Positions 50,456-63,639 of a stretch of DNA of 64,000 nucleotides are shown one piece after another. This DNA is from Gekko japonicus (Eukaryota). Where the stretch lies: contig NW_015174273.1 in NCBI RefSeq assembly GCF_001447785.1, positions 2,081,204-2,145,203 on the forward strand, written 5' to 3'. The notes below the pieces were generated by a model that saw only the letters and a list, made by a program, of their open reading frames with translations, was not told where the DNA came from and did not search any database. A program made the translations under genes and the position numbers. The stretch's first letter is position 1; each line of letters starts with the position of its first letter.

Positions 50456-51289
50456 AGCAGCGCTAAAATTCTCAGCTTCTCGTGTTAAGAGAGGACAAGA
50501 CCTTGCTGTAATAAACTGTATCCTCTAGAAACTGGAGAGGCAATGCTAGGCTGGTGGACAAGATGTGTATGTTTTCAAAACATTACTTTTAAACAGATGA
50601 CACAAGACAAATAAAAGACAAAACCTTATAAAAAAAGCAAATTTTTCTAGACTGAGTAGTAGCTCTAATTTCTACTACTATCAAATGAGGAACAGCTCAG
50701 AACAACTTTACTATGAAGAACATCTTTTACAGCACCCCCTGAGCCTTGTATAGGAACAACCTACCAATTCCTAATACTGTTAATTGGGAATGTCTCTAAA
50801 TTTTGAATTCTATCATTACAATAGCTAATGGAATCTTTATCAACTACTTCACCAGGTGAGGCTGCCAATTCTGGCTGACACTATTCCTGGGGAATTTTCT
50901 CTTCAATGTGATATAACTAGTTCAATCCATTCACAATATCAAGTTATTCCCACCTTCACAATATCAAGAGAGTACTCCTACTCACTTGGGGTGTTAAACA
51001 GGAGAAGACTGAAGTAGTTACAGCCACACAATTCATTCGGAGGCAAAAACAGAGGTTCTTTTCTGATATGCACCTATGGTGCCTTTGTTCTTACACTTAG
51101 ACAAGAGGATTCACAGAATAATACACACTTATCTTGCAATTATGTTTATACTCCAGACAAATTAGCACATTTCCCAATTACTTTGACACTTTCAAAAGTA
51201 GCAAGGGCTGAAGTGGACAGCCATACTTGAGCTACCTGCAGTCTACAATTACCAAGATAAACTGAAAAGTACAATAGAATTTGTGTGTA

Positions 51290-51700
51290 ATTCTTTTGTT
51301 TCTTTAACTGAAAAAAGTAAAGAGGTTACAAAAACAATAATAACAGAATAAAGACAAAAGAAGACTCATAACACATTAAAAATAAATAAAATAGAATGCT
51401 ATCTTTAAATGTAACTCCAAATAAACATACTGCATCCTTCAATGACGTTATATAACCATTTGCACATCTCTGACATCTATTAAAATATGTTAGTTTCGTT
51501 AGAAGAGAAATGTTTCAAATTTGGCTAAATCAGTTTCTTCCAATATGGTGCAATCATTGAGCTGCAATCAATAGTCAGTCAGTTCCATACCTGTATTGTT
51601 AATTACATATTTTACATACCATACCAAAATAACTTTAGGAGCAAATGGAATTTGATACAGGATCATAAACAAAATGCAACTAATGCCTGTAATAGAAGGG
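51290..51700 (-). mobile_element. Possible old L1 ORF2 C-terminus/3'UTR fragment
   Basis: Minus strand gcagctcaatgattgcaccatattggaag...aaactaacatattt resembles the AA..IA.YWK..KLT end of non-mammalian L1 ORF2. AT-rich and degraded. Confidence 0.4.
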
Positions 51701-54009
51701 CAGGGCAAAAATACACGAAACAATAGAAACTTTGCCAACATAGATTTAAGAAATACAAAAATTATTTAATGTGAAATCTTGAATACAGAATCCACCAAAT
51801 TAACTACACCAGTCTAGGGCTATTATTCCTTATTGGCATCATTAGAAATTCAATTGATGTTTTAAACATCAGAGTAAAGAAGACAATCCTGTTGGGTACC
51901 TATGAATAAATTACATTTCTCAAATATGTAATTATTATCAACAACACAACTGAGGAATTTTTATATTTCCGTGACACACTGTCCTCCCAAACCAAATTTC
52001 TCTAAAATGCATTATAGACATCTCTACTCTGCCCACTAAAATGCATTCTTGTAATGCAGAAACCTTAAAACATCTCTGGGATCACCCAGCTTCCTTACCA
52101 CATTCGAGCCAATCCCATAGCCTACAGGCAGTCAATCCCAACAGGTGCACTACTTTATATGGCTAAATTCTTTTTAGTTTCCAAAATTCAAGCCAATCTT
52201 TTTTGTTATATATTGTCAGGAAGACCCCTGAATTTTGAATTAAGCTTCCTATTTCCAAAAGACTCAAGAGAAGAGGAAGAAAATGGGGTGGAAGAGAAAC
52301 TGGAGAGTCCCCTTAGTTCATGGTACTCATAAGGAGAAATTCAGCAAAACCTTTTAGATAGGTGCACACAACAGGCTGGTAACAGGAATCCAGTAATGCA
52401 ATCCCAATTTAAAAACTCAAACTATGACCTTATTTCTGGGCCTTCTGGCAGACTTGGGGGGGGGAGAGAATGGCCATCTCCTGCATGTATACTTCTGTAG
52501 AAGTAATTTGCTGACATGCACAGGTTAATATGAATGGATGGTCTGGGTCAATAAACTTTCCATTGATCTAATCCCCTGAACTTCGCCCCCTGGCTCCCTT
52601 CAAGTTCTCCAGCACCACCTCCCACCAGTAGGCACCTTGACACTGTAATCTTATGAATATTTACTTGGAAGTAAATTACAGTGAGCACAGTGGGATTAAC
52701 ATCTGAGTAAGCATGCATAAATTCGTCTTCAAATTTATGCACGCTTATCCCTAAATAAACATGCATAGGTTCAAGCTTTAAGGTGGAATCCTATTTATAC
52801 TTGCCTATGAATAAACTCGGTTGAAATACAAAATGACTGACCACCAAACAAACATGCAAAAAATCATACTGTGAGAAAGTGTTTTGTCTCTAAGTAGAGT
52901 TTAGCTCCTTTGTCACAAGGAGCAACAACTGTAGGTCTCTTACCTGGGGGGGGGGGAAGCTCCCCTCTCCCAGTTAGGCTAGCAAATAAAAATGGGTGAA
53001 GGGAGCAGACCTCGCATGAACTGTGCACTCTTCTTTTGCTCATGCCACTCAAGGGTGTAACAAGCAGCAATGAAAGTGATGGCTGCACAAGACAAATGAA
53101 GTGGGCTGACCAAACGAAAGCTACCTCCACTGCTAATTTGGTTTCTCAATCAATATGACCTCTCCACAGGCTCATCATGGCAATTAAAACGGAGGTGAGG
53201 TGTGAGGTATGGGAATACTGCACACACTATTTCTTTAGCTCCACAGCCAATCACAAGCTGTAGAAAGGTAAAAACCAAGTTAACAGAGGTGTCCAACAAG
53301 GTTGCCGTTTGGCCCCTTTCCTTTTTAACCTGTATATAAATGACAGTGATAGCTGTCTCTCTGGTGAATTCTTCCATCCCCCTTGTTTGTCTCAGACACC
53401 TGTTTCAAATTTGGGTTTTTTGCTGCTGATGCCTTACTGATATCTCGGTCTCGCCTTGGTTTAAGCTGTTTATTTTGCACTGTATTGTTTCCAGGAGTTT
53501 TTAAGATGTAAATTGTTGAAAGACCCCAGTTTTAGTGTTTTTAAAGGTCCTTCCACCACATCATTTAGCTTGTTTTATGAATGGTCACTCGACTGATCAG
53601 GTGAATACATTTTATTATTTTGGTTTTTTCTTCTTCTTATAACTAGTCATGGACAAGCCATAGTAATGCTGCTGAGAAACTGGCTTCAGTGTATTCTTCA
53701 GCCCTCTTACGATTCTTCCAGTAACTATGCATCAGCTGGTATTTGAGCTTTTCAGGCTAAGGCTGTTCCATTGTTATTATATGGTACACCTCTGGCCGTT
53801 GCCAAGGTTAACGATGAATATGATTCCCCTTTAGTTTCCTTTTTATGTTCAATATAAAATTTGCCAGTGTGTACTTCTGGTCCTGTAATCCATTTGGAAT
53901 TTGCTAAACTATCCTTAGAATGGAAAACTGAAAAAAGGTAAAACTAGTGGCTGCTGTACAGTCATGGAAAGAGAGAAAAGGAAATTGAGTGCTGAGGGAA
54001 CTACAAAGT

Positions 54010-54527
54010 AGAAGAAGAAGAAGGAGAAGAGAAGAGATTGGATTTATACCCCGCCCTTCACTACCCAAAGGTGTCTCAGAGCGGCTTACACACTCCTTTC
54101 CCTTCCCCTCCCCACAACAGGCACCCGGTGAGGTAAAAGAAGAAGAAGAGATTGGATTTATATCCCACCCTTCACTACCCAAAGGTGTCTCAGAGCGGCT
54201 TACACACTCCTTTCCCTTCCCCTCCCCACAACAGGCACCCGGTGAGGTAAAAGAAGAAGAAGAGATTGGATTTATATCCCACCCTTCACTACCCAAAGGT
54301 GTCTCAGAGCGGCTTACACACTCCTTTCCCTTCCCCTCCCCACAATAGACACCCTGTGAGGGAGGTGGGGCTGAGAGAGCTCTCAACAGAAACTGCTCTT
54401 TTTTCAAGAACAGCTTGAAAAACGGCTTGCCCAAGTTCATCCAGCCAGGTGCAAGTGGAGGAGTGGGGAATCAAGCCCAGTTCTCCCAGATTAGAGTCCG
54501 CGCACTTAACCACTACACCAAACTGGG
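54010..54527 (-). mobile_element. Squam3-like SINE with triplicated 3' end
   Basis: gaagagattggatttata starts at 54031, 54145 and 54259 (period 114 bp). Only the third copy continues into the SINE body and head. Confidence 0.9.
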
Positions 54528-56825
54528 CTCTCCTGTTGTATGTTAGCATGAGACCTGCAGAGCTGCATGGGGCTCCCAAACCACAACCCTCCCCCCCAGT
54601 TCTATCAGGCGACAGTGAATGGGGTGGTATACAGAGTAATACATTTAAGGATTTTCACAGAGCAGCAGCACTGCTGGAATTCTGAGACACGCATTTTAGA
54701 TGATGGAATGAGATCCCACACACATTCTATGATCCTTTCCCCATTCCTTATGCTGGAATGGAGTACAGGAGTATCTTCATGCCCAAACATGTGGTCGTTT
54801 ATCTGAGTCATTACTTGAACCTATCATGTCTGGCTGAGCCTTGACTCTCTGGGACACCACCAGAAACTGGTAAAGCTATTCCAAGTGTGAAACTGTGCAG
54901 ATTTATGAGCAAACAACTCCTTTATGCATGGGAACCGATTAAGTTTACAAGGAAAATGAAAAATCTGCACAATCCATTATTTTAGTACTTGTAAATCAGT
55001 AATCCAATATAACAATTAATACCGTAACAGTGCTAGTTTCTGTGAAAAGTTTTTACAAATATTTATTTTCCAGGTATTTCGCATTTCTTGCATTTCAGCC
55101 TGAATAATATCTCTTTGGCAGTATATCTCTGGATAATGACAGGCTTGCCTCATCACTCAAATAATGTATGGTTTAAAATTCCAGAAAAGGGATATGGAAG
55201 GGCAGCTGTTAATGATTTAATGTGTATAGATGTATGGTATTTCATTGCTGCAGGGAATAATGTATTTGGAGCTTCAGTGAATTCCAGGAAAGGGGGAAAA
55301 GGTATTCTTCACACTAAATTTCAGATCTACATATAAGATGAACACACAGTGATACCTCTTCCCTTCGATCTGAATGGTACCTGCAGCCACTTAAGTACAT
55401 TTACAGTGAAATCCAATGCAGAGTGATTTCAACGCGCTTAGACTGGAGTAATTTTGCACTGGATTGCAAAGTTAGAACAATGGCCCACAGCTATGTTCTG
55501 TGCTGTACCCTTGCAAAAGAGTACATAGAATTATACTAATGACTAGGATGCTAGGGTCTAGTTTTCCCCACATACTCGGCACATTTCTTTAGCCTTTGAG
55601 TGCATTTGGAAAAAAATCTCATTTTAAAAGAGTTAGAAACACCTTCGTATACCAGCATTTCTGTTGGGATTTAATACAAAATGCCATTCAAGGTAGCATG
55701 TTTGAATTCTTCTACAGAATGTCTAGGAGACAATATGCTCTTATGTACAAATAAGCAGGGGGCGCTCATAATTGAAAAAAGTACTTCTATAAAGATTATG
55801 CATACTGATATAATAAAAATGCATTAATATATCTGCTTAGATTAGCAAAACAGAATGAAGGTTTTAATATAAAAATTCCTTTGCTTATACAGTTCCTGGT
55901 TCCATCATCTGCTCCTCACAATCACAAATCTAAGCTAAAAGATAATATAATTAACAACACCCTATATCCTTCATATAACCGATACAGTGATCATTCGATT
56001 AATCAGGGGCATAGACTGGGCAACCATCCATATGTATTGAAAGTGAATCTGTCAAGTTTTTTATCTGCTCAGAAATCACAGTGATATCAGAAAGATGGTT
56101 GTGTGTTTGATTAAGCAGCTGGTTTGGAGACAAGGCTGGCATATGAAGATGATTTGAGTCCATGATGCCAATTCTTGTCAGTCTGTCCCGTTTCAAGTTG
56201 GGAAATGGTACAAAAACATACATTAACACATAGCAGCCGTAGGTGTTCTATTGACTCATTTGTAAAAAAACATTCAATGTGATCAAGTGTTTTAAAAGAT
56301 TCAACTTTTCACAACAAAGCCTGATAAATTAGTGTATACCCCTACTACATACTAAGTTCTAAGTTGGTCTGAGGCACTGGCAGAGGGAACATTCTCAATG
56401 CAAGAATCACCAGATTAGTCTTAACGTCCAGAACCATTTTTGGTAGAGGAGAAAGTGGGGAATATCCTCCTAGCAGCCCCTGGATATAATCTGGGTTACG
56501 CTTCTTTGTCCTCTGCTTGCCCACATAGTTAGTTTTATTTGTTTATTTTAAACTGTAATGTTTAAATTGGCTATTGTAATCATATTTTGGAATTTTCTGT
56601 AAGCCACTTTAGGTCCCTTTGGGGACACATGACAAAAATAAATTTTTGGCCTACGCTAATTGTAAACTGTAGCTATGCTAAGGACCCACTAAATTATAAT
56701 ACTGTTCGCCCACTTTTTTCATTACAGCTCAGTTAGATGCACCCATGTGATTTTTCTAGCAATCACTGCAAGAATGCTTCCTACTTCCGCAAGCAATTCC
56801 AGTTAAAGAATGAACCATATCTTAC

Positions 56826-56950
56826 CACTGGCATCGGTAATGACAATCCGAGCTTTGGTGCTGTCATTCCCAAATCTGTTGCTCACTTTACACGTGTATT
56901 CACCAGCATCATCCAATGAAGCTCTCGAAATTCGAAGTTCTGAGGATGTC
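56826..56950 (-). CDS. NRG1: NRG1 second Ig-like domain exon (125 nt)
   Basis: ctcctgctctcccgtag|GACATCCTCAGAACTTCGA...ACCGATGCCAGTG|gtaaga encodes TSSELRISRASLDDAGEYTCKVSNRFGNDSTKARIVITDAS, with the I-set D-x-G-x-Y-x-C motif and NDS sequon typical of the NRG1 Ig domain. Confidence 0.95.
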
Positions 56951-58695
56951 CTACGGGAGAGCAGGAGACAAAACATTATAACACACACATTACAAACTAA
57001 GAGCACTTGTGCTTTGTTCATTAAGCAACACCAACATGTGGGGAATACAGGCCAATACAATAAACCACCTGATTATTACGGTCCAGGCATTTTAAATGAA
57101 GGAGAGAAATGGACATTTTAAAAGAATGGACAGAAATATATTTATTTGAACTTCTCTGTTGCAGAAATAAGTGCATTTTCCATTGTTTTTACAGATAAAC
57201 TATCGGAACAGCAGTTAGATTCTTCTAAGAAATTGCACATTGTGATTTGGTGTCACAATGGTACATGGCACCATAACATTCCTAAATAAATACAAGATAT
57301 CCAGTCGCTTAAGCTGCTTGGGCTTATAAGTGAGTCTAGAGAGGGTGATCTGAGGGGTGTCAGGCAGATTCCCCCCACCCCCATCTATTTCTGGCCACAG
57401 GGGACGGCAAGAAGACAAGTTCCATATAGAGATGCTAAGAACTTCACAACAAACATGTTTGGCAGGCAAATGCACCATTTTTAGCAGCTGCAATTCCCCA
57501 GAGTCATAGATGGCTGGTCAGGTACTTAAATTATCCCAGTGGATGGAAACCTACAGCTCCCATGAGGCTGTGCAAAAACACATATGTACAATCTGCTGCT
57601 GATCCAGAGAAATTGGCAACCATTAACATTGATTCAACAGTCAATATTAAGACTTTTAAAAAACTATAAAGTGTTCATATATGATCAACTGTTTTTGTCA
57701 ACTCTTCATTTAAACAATTGGTGGTAGAGCAATAGTGTGGCAACAAAGGGTGTGGGGAGGGGGCCATTAATGTGCACTGTGCCTGGAATGAACAGGCTTG
57801 AGCTACTTGCAAGGAACATAAACTGCCTGCCAAACAATCAGTTCTCTGTGTACGACAAGTGATCAGGATGTGAACTGAACCAGCAGGTGCTCAAGCATCC
57901 CTCATTCCTTACACTAATAGGCTAAAGCAGGCCAAGTGATATATCATCTTCTTTAAATACTTCTGGTTTCATGTACTTTTGTAAGCAACTAAGATACTTC
58001 CTTTGCTAGCTATAGATCACTTGTGCCTTGCCTTACTCTGCCCTCAGCTGCACAAGTACCCAGGGATGCCATAATTGTGATTATAATAATTTTGGAAAGC
58101 TCACTGGTGAAGCATTACTCAGCATGAACAAAGAATATATTTTTTTAACTATTTGTTTTATTTATTTACTTAAAATTTAAAATAACAGTAACAAATAATA
58201 TATTCTGGCCAAAATTAAAGATTTTAGGGCCCAATTAAATATGGTCTAGGTTTAAGAATATTTAACTCTCCTATAGGGGAGGCTTTTGGAAGGCATTAGT
58301 TACATGCTTCCGATGTTTCTTTTAAATGATCATAGAAAGAAAAACTTACTTTGTAAAAGTTAAAACCGAAATTCTGCAAATTTCAATGAGATTACCACCA
58401 TGAAGATGTATACATCTTTCGCTTATAATCACCCTGCAGGAGAATTCAGTGCCTTCTTTCCCTTTCTTGCTGGTGACCTACTGATCCTTCCAAATCTAGC
58501 TTGCAATCCACATGTTACCTAACAGCTGTCCAAGTCATTCTGACCTAGTGTGAATGTTTGATGACTGAGGAATTGGACTAAAAGAATAATATGAACATTC
58601 AATGCTCATGTAGCAACATCTGCTTCCATGAACCAAACAGCTTGAAAAACAACGACCCTGAAAACCAGAACTCATCCTTTCTTATAGCCTCCTTC

Positions 58696-58932
58696 AGAGC
58701 CAGCGTGATGTAGTGGTTATGAGTAGCAGACTCTAATCTGAAGACCCAGGCTTGATTCCCCACTCCTCCACATGAAGCCTGCTGGGTGACCTTGGGCCAG
58801 TCACATTTCTCTCTCAGAACTCTCTCAGCCCTGCCTACCACACAGGGTGACTGTTGTGGGAAGGGAAGAGAAAGGCGACTGTAGGCTGCTTTGAGACTCC
58901 TTACAGGAAAGAAAAGCAGGCTATAAAATCTA
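58696..58932 (+). mobile_element. Squam3-like SINE
   Basis: agagccagcgtgatgtagtggttatgagtagcagactctaatctg...gctgggtgaccttgggccagtcac. Confidence 0.82.
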
Positions 58933-61537
58933 CTTTCATCTTGTTCCATCACAAAGATCTGCACTGATCTTTGCTTTTCAAAATATAATCCTTGCCAAAG
59001 TGCTCTACTGGAAGTAAGATCTGAGAAAGGATTTCCATGTGACTGACAAGTACAGACACTGATAAACATGCTGCTGTCAGGCAAAGATCCATAAACGAAT
59101 GCTCCGCAGGTATCCACTATAGTGAACAAATCAAGGTTCAGATAATTCAGCCATGTTTGGAAAGGGCTCTGAAAAATGTGGGAACAGGCCAGAGGAACGT
59201 TCCCTTGCGATCACTATTTGTGTCTAACTCCTTGCAAGAAGAGTGGAGGTTGATATACTTGTGTGTTCAACCACTAGCTGGCATAGTGAGGCTATCAGTA
59301 TGACTGACACATTCATACATGAGAAGAAAACACTACTAAGAGCTGGTGTAATATAGATATCTCACATAGCCAGTTACTGCATCCATTAGTTGGACTTACC
59401 AACAGTGTAAACACAGTTTATGTAAAATTGACACTGAGTGAATAAACATCTTCTGTTCATTGGCTCACCTGGACAAGAGAGGTCACGGGAACTTGAACAG
59501 TTCCATGCAATTGTGACCGTGAAATAGAGGAGAGCAGCAGTCGAATGGCAGAGGAAAGAGAGGGAGAAGGAACCATGGAATTGAGGCACAAACCAGACGT
59601 ATTTCTGAGTGTAACGACAGCAACAGGGGACTACACTGATTAGACAGATGGGGTGAAAAAAGAAAAACCCTGAGCTAAATGGCACAGAAGGGCCTTCAGG
59701 AGCAGGGGAGACTGGTAACTCACCACATAGAGTCTTCTACTTTGTGACACCCAGGCAATACCACTGCACTGAGCAAACTCAGATGTGGAAACTAAGCTGT
59801 CTAGATATTACTTCAGGAAGGAAACAAGAACTCCAAAGTGACTGGGGTATCAACGACATGAGGAAAAATGTTTGTCTTTATAAAACTGTTGTCTTGAATC
59901 CTTGTGTTTGTTCGGATTTCAGATTGTTATACTACAAAAAGACTGAGGCTTATACTTGTCACAATATTTATCTCCTGCCTCCAAGAAGCTCTGAACTGTA
60001 TATATGTGGATAATCCATCTAATACCCACAAGCTGGGTTGGGCTGAGAGCAACTCACTTGCTGAAAGTCATCCAGTAAGCAGAGAACAGAACCTGTGCGT
60101 CCCTGGGTCAAAGTCCAACTGTACCAATATGGCCATGGTTCTGGTACTGTATGCCTCCCCACAACCAAATGCAAAATATTTTGAGGTAGGTATAAGAGAT
60201 AAAAGTAGGTACGGACTAGGTATAAGATGTAAGACTAAAAGTTAGTTAAGAGCAGCAAATGCTGTCCTCCATGGCTTGACTCTTAAAATTCTCCTGAAAG
60301 GATGAGTGACAAGAATAAGTCTACTGATTTATTTCAGGATCAAGTGTTTTTCTTTTTAAAAAAATTACAGAGAAAGCACATTTTTAATAAAAAGTTAAAA
60401 TGTCAACTTTGGGAACACACAGAGTTGAACCAGTAGTATAAAATTCTTAAAGGGTCTCTTAAAAATAACGATCTAAAAAAACCCTTGAGGATGAAAATTT
60501 TTAACACAATTTCTTTCACAGGTGGTATAAGTAATCAAAACTGTTGGTGACCAAGAATAAATAGCTAATAATTAATCACTTTGGTTGAAAAGAGTTTCTC
60601 CAAATACAGTAATTAGGCAGAGCCATTCATAGCAGATGAAAGAAAGAACAGTAAGCTAAAAACTGACATTAAGAGATATCATAATCACTTTCCAGTGGCA
60701 CTTTTGGAATTATCATTCAGAATACTCATCTGGTAGCAAGAATTCAAACGAAGCCAATCACAATGTGGAAAGTGCTGCAGCACCTACACACTACACTTCC
60801 TCAGCAATTTCATTATTAATGCCCCCCGCCAGTTGAAGCAGCAGTGACATATGAAGAAGGGAATTCTGCCACAAGGGATTGGGTGGGGGAGAAGAAATTG
60901 GGATTTACCTAGTACTGTGGCCTATTAAGGCTGCAGCTTTTAGAAAGATTCCATTTTTTAGATTCCATTTTTTTAACTTGCTTTGTGTGTATGTCTGTGT
61001 TTTGAGGAAGAAATATGTTTTTCTGCAACAAGGCATAAGCTACTCACTTTGATACTGCAGAGTAAGCACACGGCCCAAAGCAAAGCTGATGTTCAGAGTA
61101 AGTGTTCTAGAAATTATGAGGCAGGAAAAAGCTCTAAGAGCACTCATGCCTAATCACCAGTTCTTTCACACTCTCACCAAAATAATTCTAAAAATATTAA
61201 ACATGGCATTCAAATGGTTTAAAGCATTAGAACACATTCTATACTTCCCTCCAGTGCTGTGAAAAACCATCCATGACTGTCACAGAAGCAGTATTTACAT
61301 TTCTGAAAGCAATTTCAGCTTTTCTAGGGTACATCTTGAAATTTACAGAAACCACCAAGTAGGGCTTGATCAGAAACTGTGGTGTTGACATAACAAACTA
61401 GAAGTGATAGCTTGACAATTACTACCTCCTTACCCTTGAGAAGCTCTTCATTTGTTCACAGCCTTGGAGAGATTTTGTAAACCATGAAGCTGTGAATGAC
61501 CTACTGTGTAAATCTCAGATGGCACCTCTCCCTGGTC

Positions 61538-61811
61538 TAGTCTTGCCAAGTCCCCCCGGGGGGTGGATCGGGCCCCGGGGGGAACTCCACCCCAACGTGC
61601 ACGTCACCAGGAAGGGACGCGACTATGCCGGGCACATTGGGGGCCGGGCCACGGTCATCCGAGGGAAAATTCTATGGTTTTCCCTTGGATGGTCGTGGCC
61701 CCGCCCCCAGCATGCCACATCCACACTTCCTGGTGATGTGGATGCAGCGCGCGCTCCAGGATCGACCTGGGAGTCCCCCGCTTCAGGACGAGGTACAACT
61801 TGGCAACCCTA
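61538..61811. mobile_element. hAT-type MITE (TAGGGTTGCCA family), CpG-rich
   Basis: tagtcttgccaagt / acttggcaacccta termini with a perfect 8-bp TSD ccctggtc (61530-61537 / 61812-61819). Confidence 0.85.
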
Positions 61812-61900
61812 CCCTGGTCTCTGCAGTGTACACAGTGTGTATGATCTTCCAGTGCTAAAAGTAGCAGCTTTTTACTGCTCATCAAAACAGCAAATGGTTC

Positions 61901-63160
61901 GGCTTCCGGTCTGGCTCCCGCGAAAGGCAGACGCATCCTCGGGTCGCTCCCGAGGGCGCCTTGCCCGCCCGCGGTGGAGGAGGGAATCCGCGCAAGCGGA
62001 GACCCGAACGAGCCCCTCAGATGAGAGGAGCTCGGATCCGGGGCGCTTTAGGGCGTTCCAGGGGGGAGTCTCTCTTTCGGTCGAGAGATCGGAGATTGAG
62101 ACTCTCGCCATGCCCTGCCCCTTTGGACCTTGCTGCGTGAGCGACCCCGTTCTACGGGGTTTAGCGGAACCACCGGGCGTCACCGAGTGATGAAGCGGGG
62201 GAAAAAATGGAAAATAAAAGACTGGCGTAACTGTGAGTTGTCAAAATACAGAGAAAATGAACTAAGAACGTTTCCCCCCCCCTTCAGCGGAAAATGAGGA
62301 GGTTAATCCTCTATAAGCGAGAAAGAAAAAAAAGAAAAGAGGGGGGGAATGGACTGAGCGAATAGTGATGTTTTCCTTTGATGTACTTGAAAATAAGCAA
62401 GAGGTTTTGTTTCCCTGGAGCGCATTTTAAAAACTTTACTAAAAATAAAAAAACAAGATGTCGGAGCTGGGTAAAGACAAGCGGGGGAGAAGGGAGGGAC
62501 TTCCGTCTGGGCGTTTGTGTCAACGTGAGTGCCGGCTGTTTAATATTTGGACTGTGTATGGCTATGAATCCAACGGGGATTGTGAAGGAAAAGAAAAGCT
62601 TGAATTGTGACAGCGGAAAGTGCCTCATGAGCGCTTATAAAAGTCAACGAGGAGAATCCAGCGAAGGGGACTGGGAGCGGATAAAAGCGAAATTGAAATT
62701 AATACCATTCTCAAAGCTGGAGATCTCCGGGCATGGCATGAAAGGAAGACAGCTTACAGCACAGGAACTGAAAGAGTTAACAGCGACCCGAAGGAGGAGG
62801 GGAAGAAGCCGGAGGCAAGAGAAAAACAGAGGAAGCCTCTCCCGTCACTGAGAGGGGAAAAGTAACCAGCGCGTTAAAGAAGCGGTTCTGAATGTGCCTT
62901 GAAGAGACTTTTTAACAGAAATTCAAAGGAACATTACTAATAAATTAACATAGAAAGTAACTGGAATGGAAAAAAGATGTTTGACAACACGCAGAAGAAG
63001 CCTTTGTTGATTGGACATTACTAACAGTTTAATCTAACAGTCAATACATCACTCAGCTTTCTCTTTCTCCCACTATATACCCTCCTTATCTTTCTTTTTA
63101 AGCGAAACTCCTCCCTTTTTTAGGGGAGTCAATAAAATCTTTATAAAAAAAAAAAAAAAA
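61901..63160 (+). mobile_element. Complete 1.26-kb non-autonomous retroposed element (L1-type TPRT hallmarks, no RT)
   Basis: 17-bp TSD aaaacagcaaatggttc (61884-61900 / 63157-63173), AATAAA at 63131, A16 tail at 63145-63160, 5' end GGCTTCCGGT, and a CpG-dense first ~300 bp. Confidence 0.88.
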
Positions 63161-63639
63161 CAGCAAATGGTTCCACTAGCAAAGAGAGCTTCCTGGGCAT
63201 GCAGAAAAATGCCACACTCAAATACAAGCCCCTGAACTCCAATTGTATTGGGAAATTTACCTATAGTCCTTCTCTTGGGGAGGGGGAGAGGAAGCTGTTT
63301 CCTCTTCCTCAACAACAGCACATTGCACAAATTACCACGCAACATCACAAAGCTATGGAATGAGGTTTCCGGGGGCTTCAAGCACTGATTTTCAATTTTC
63401 CATTTTGAAGAGAATTTTCATATAGCAATGTTTTTAGCTTATGCGGGGCACACATGAGTAAGCTGCTTCCCTATCCCTCAATTTATGTATACCTCTTGGC
63501 TTTCCTCTTGGCTCAAGGTGGCCAAAGGAAATGCCTTTTAAGACTGTCAAACCTAGAACTTGGACTTCGGGAGAGCAACTTGTGCCATCAGGGCCTGATA
63601 ACAGGTGTTAAATAAACTCTAAACAGTTAAACAAACTTT

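Noticed and set aside
54010-54350. CRISPR-like or prokaryotic repeat array
   Set aside because: The repeats are SINE 3' ends without unique spacers, and the window is vertebrate intronic DNA.
61901-62080. HDV-like ribozyme at the 5' end of the 1.26-kb element
   Set aside because: A possible P1 (GGCUUCC/GGGAGUC) exists, but I could not place P1.1, P3/L3 or the catalytic J4/2 strand.
61492-62190. 232-aa plus-strand ORF
   Set aside because: Spans two unrelated GC-rich insertions. It is stop-poor by composition and has no recognisable domain.
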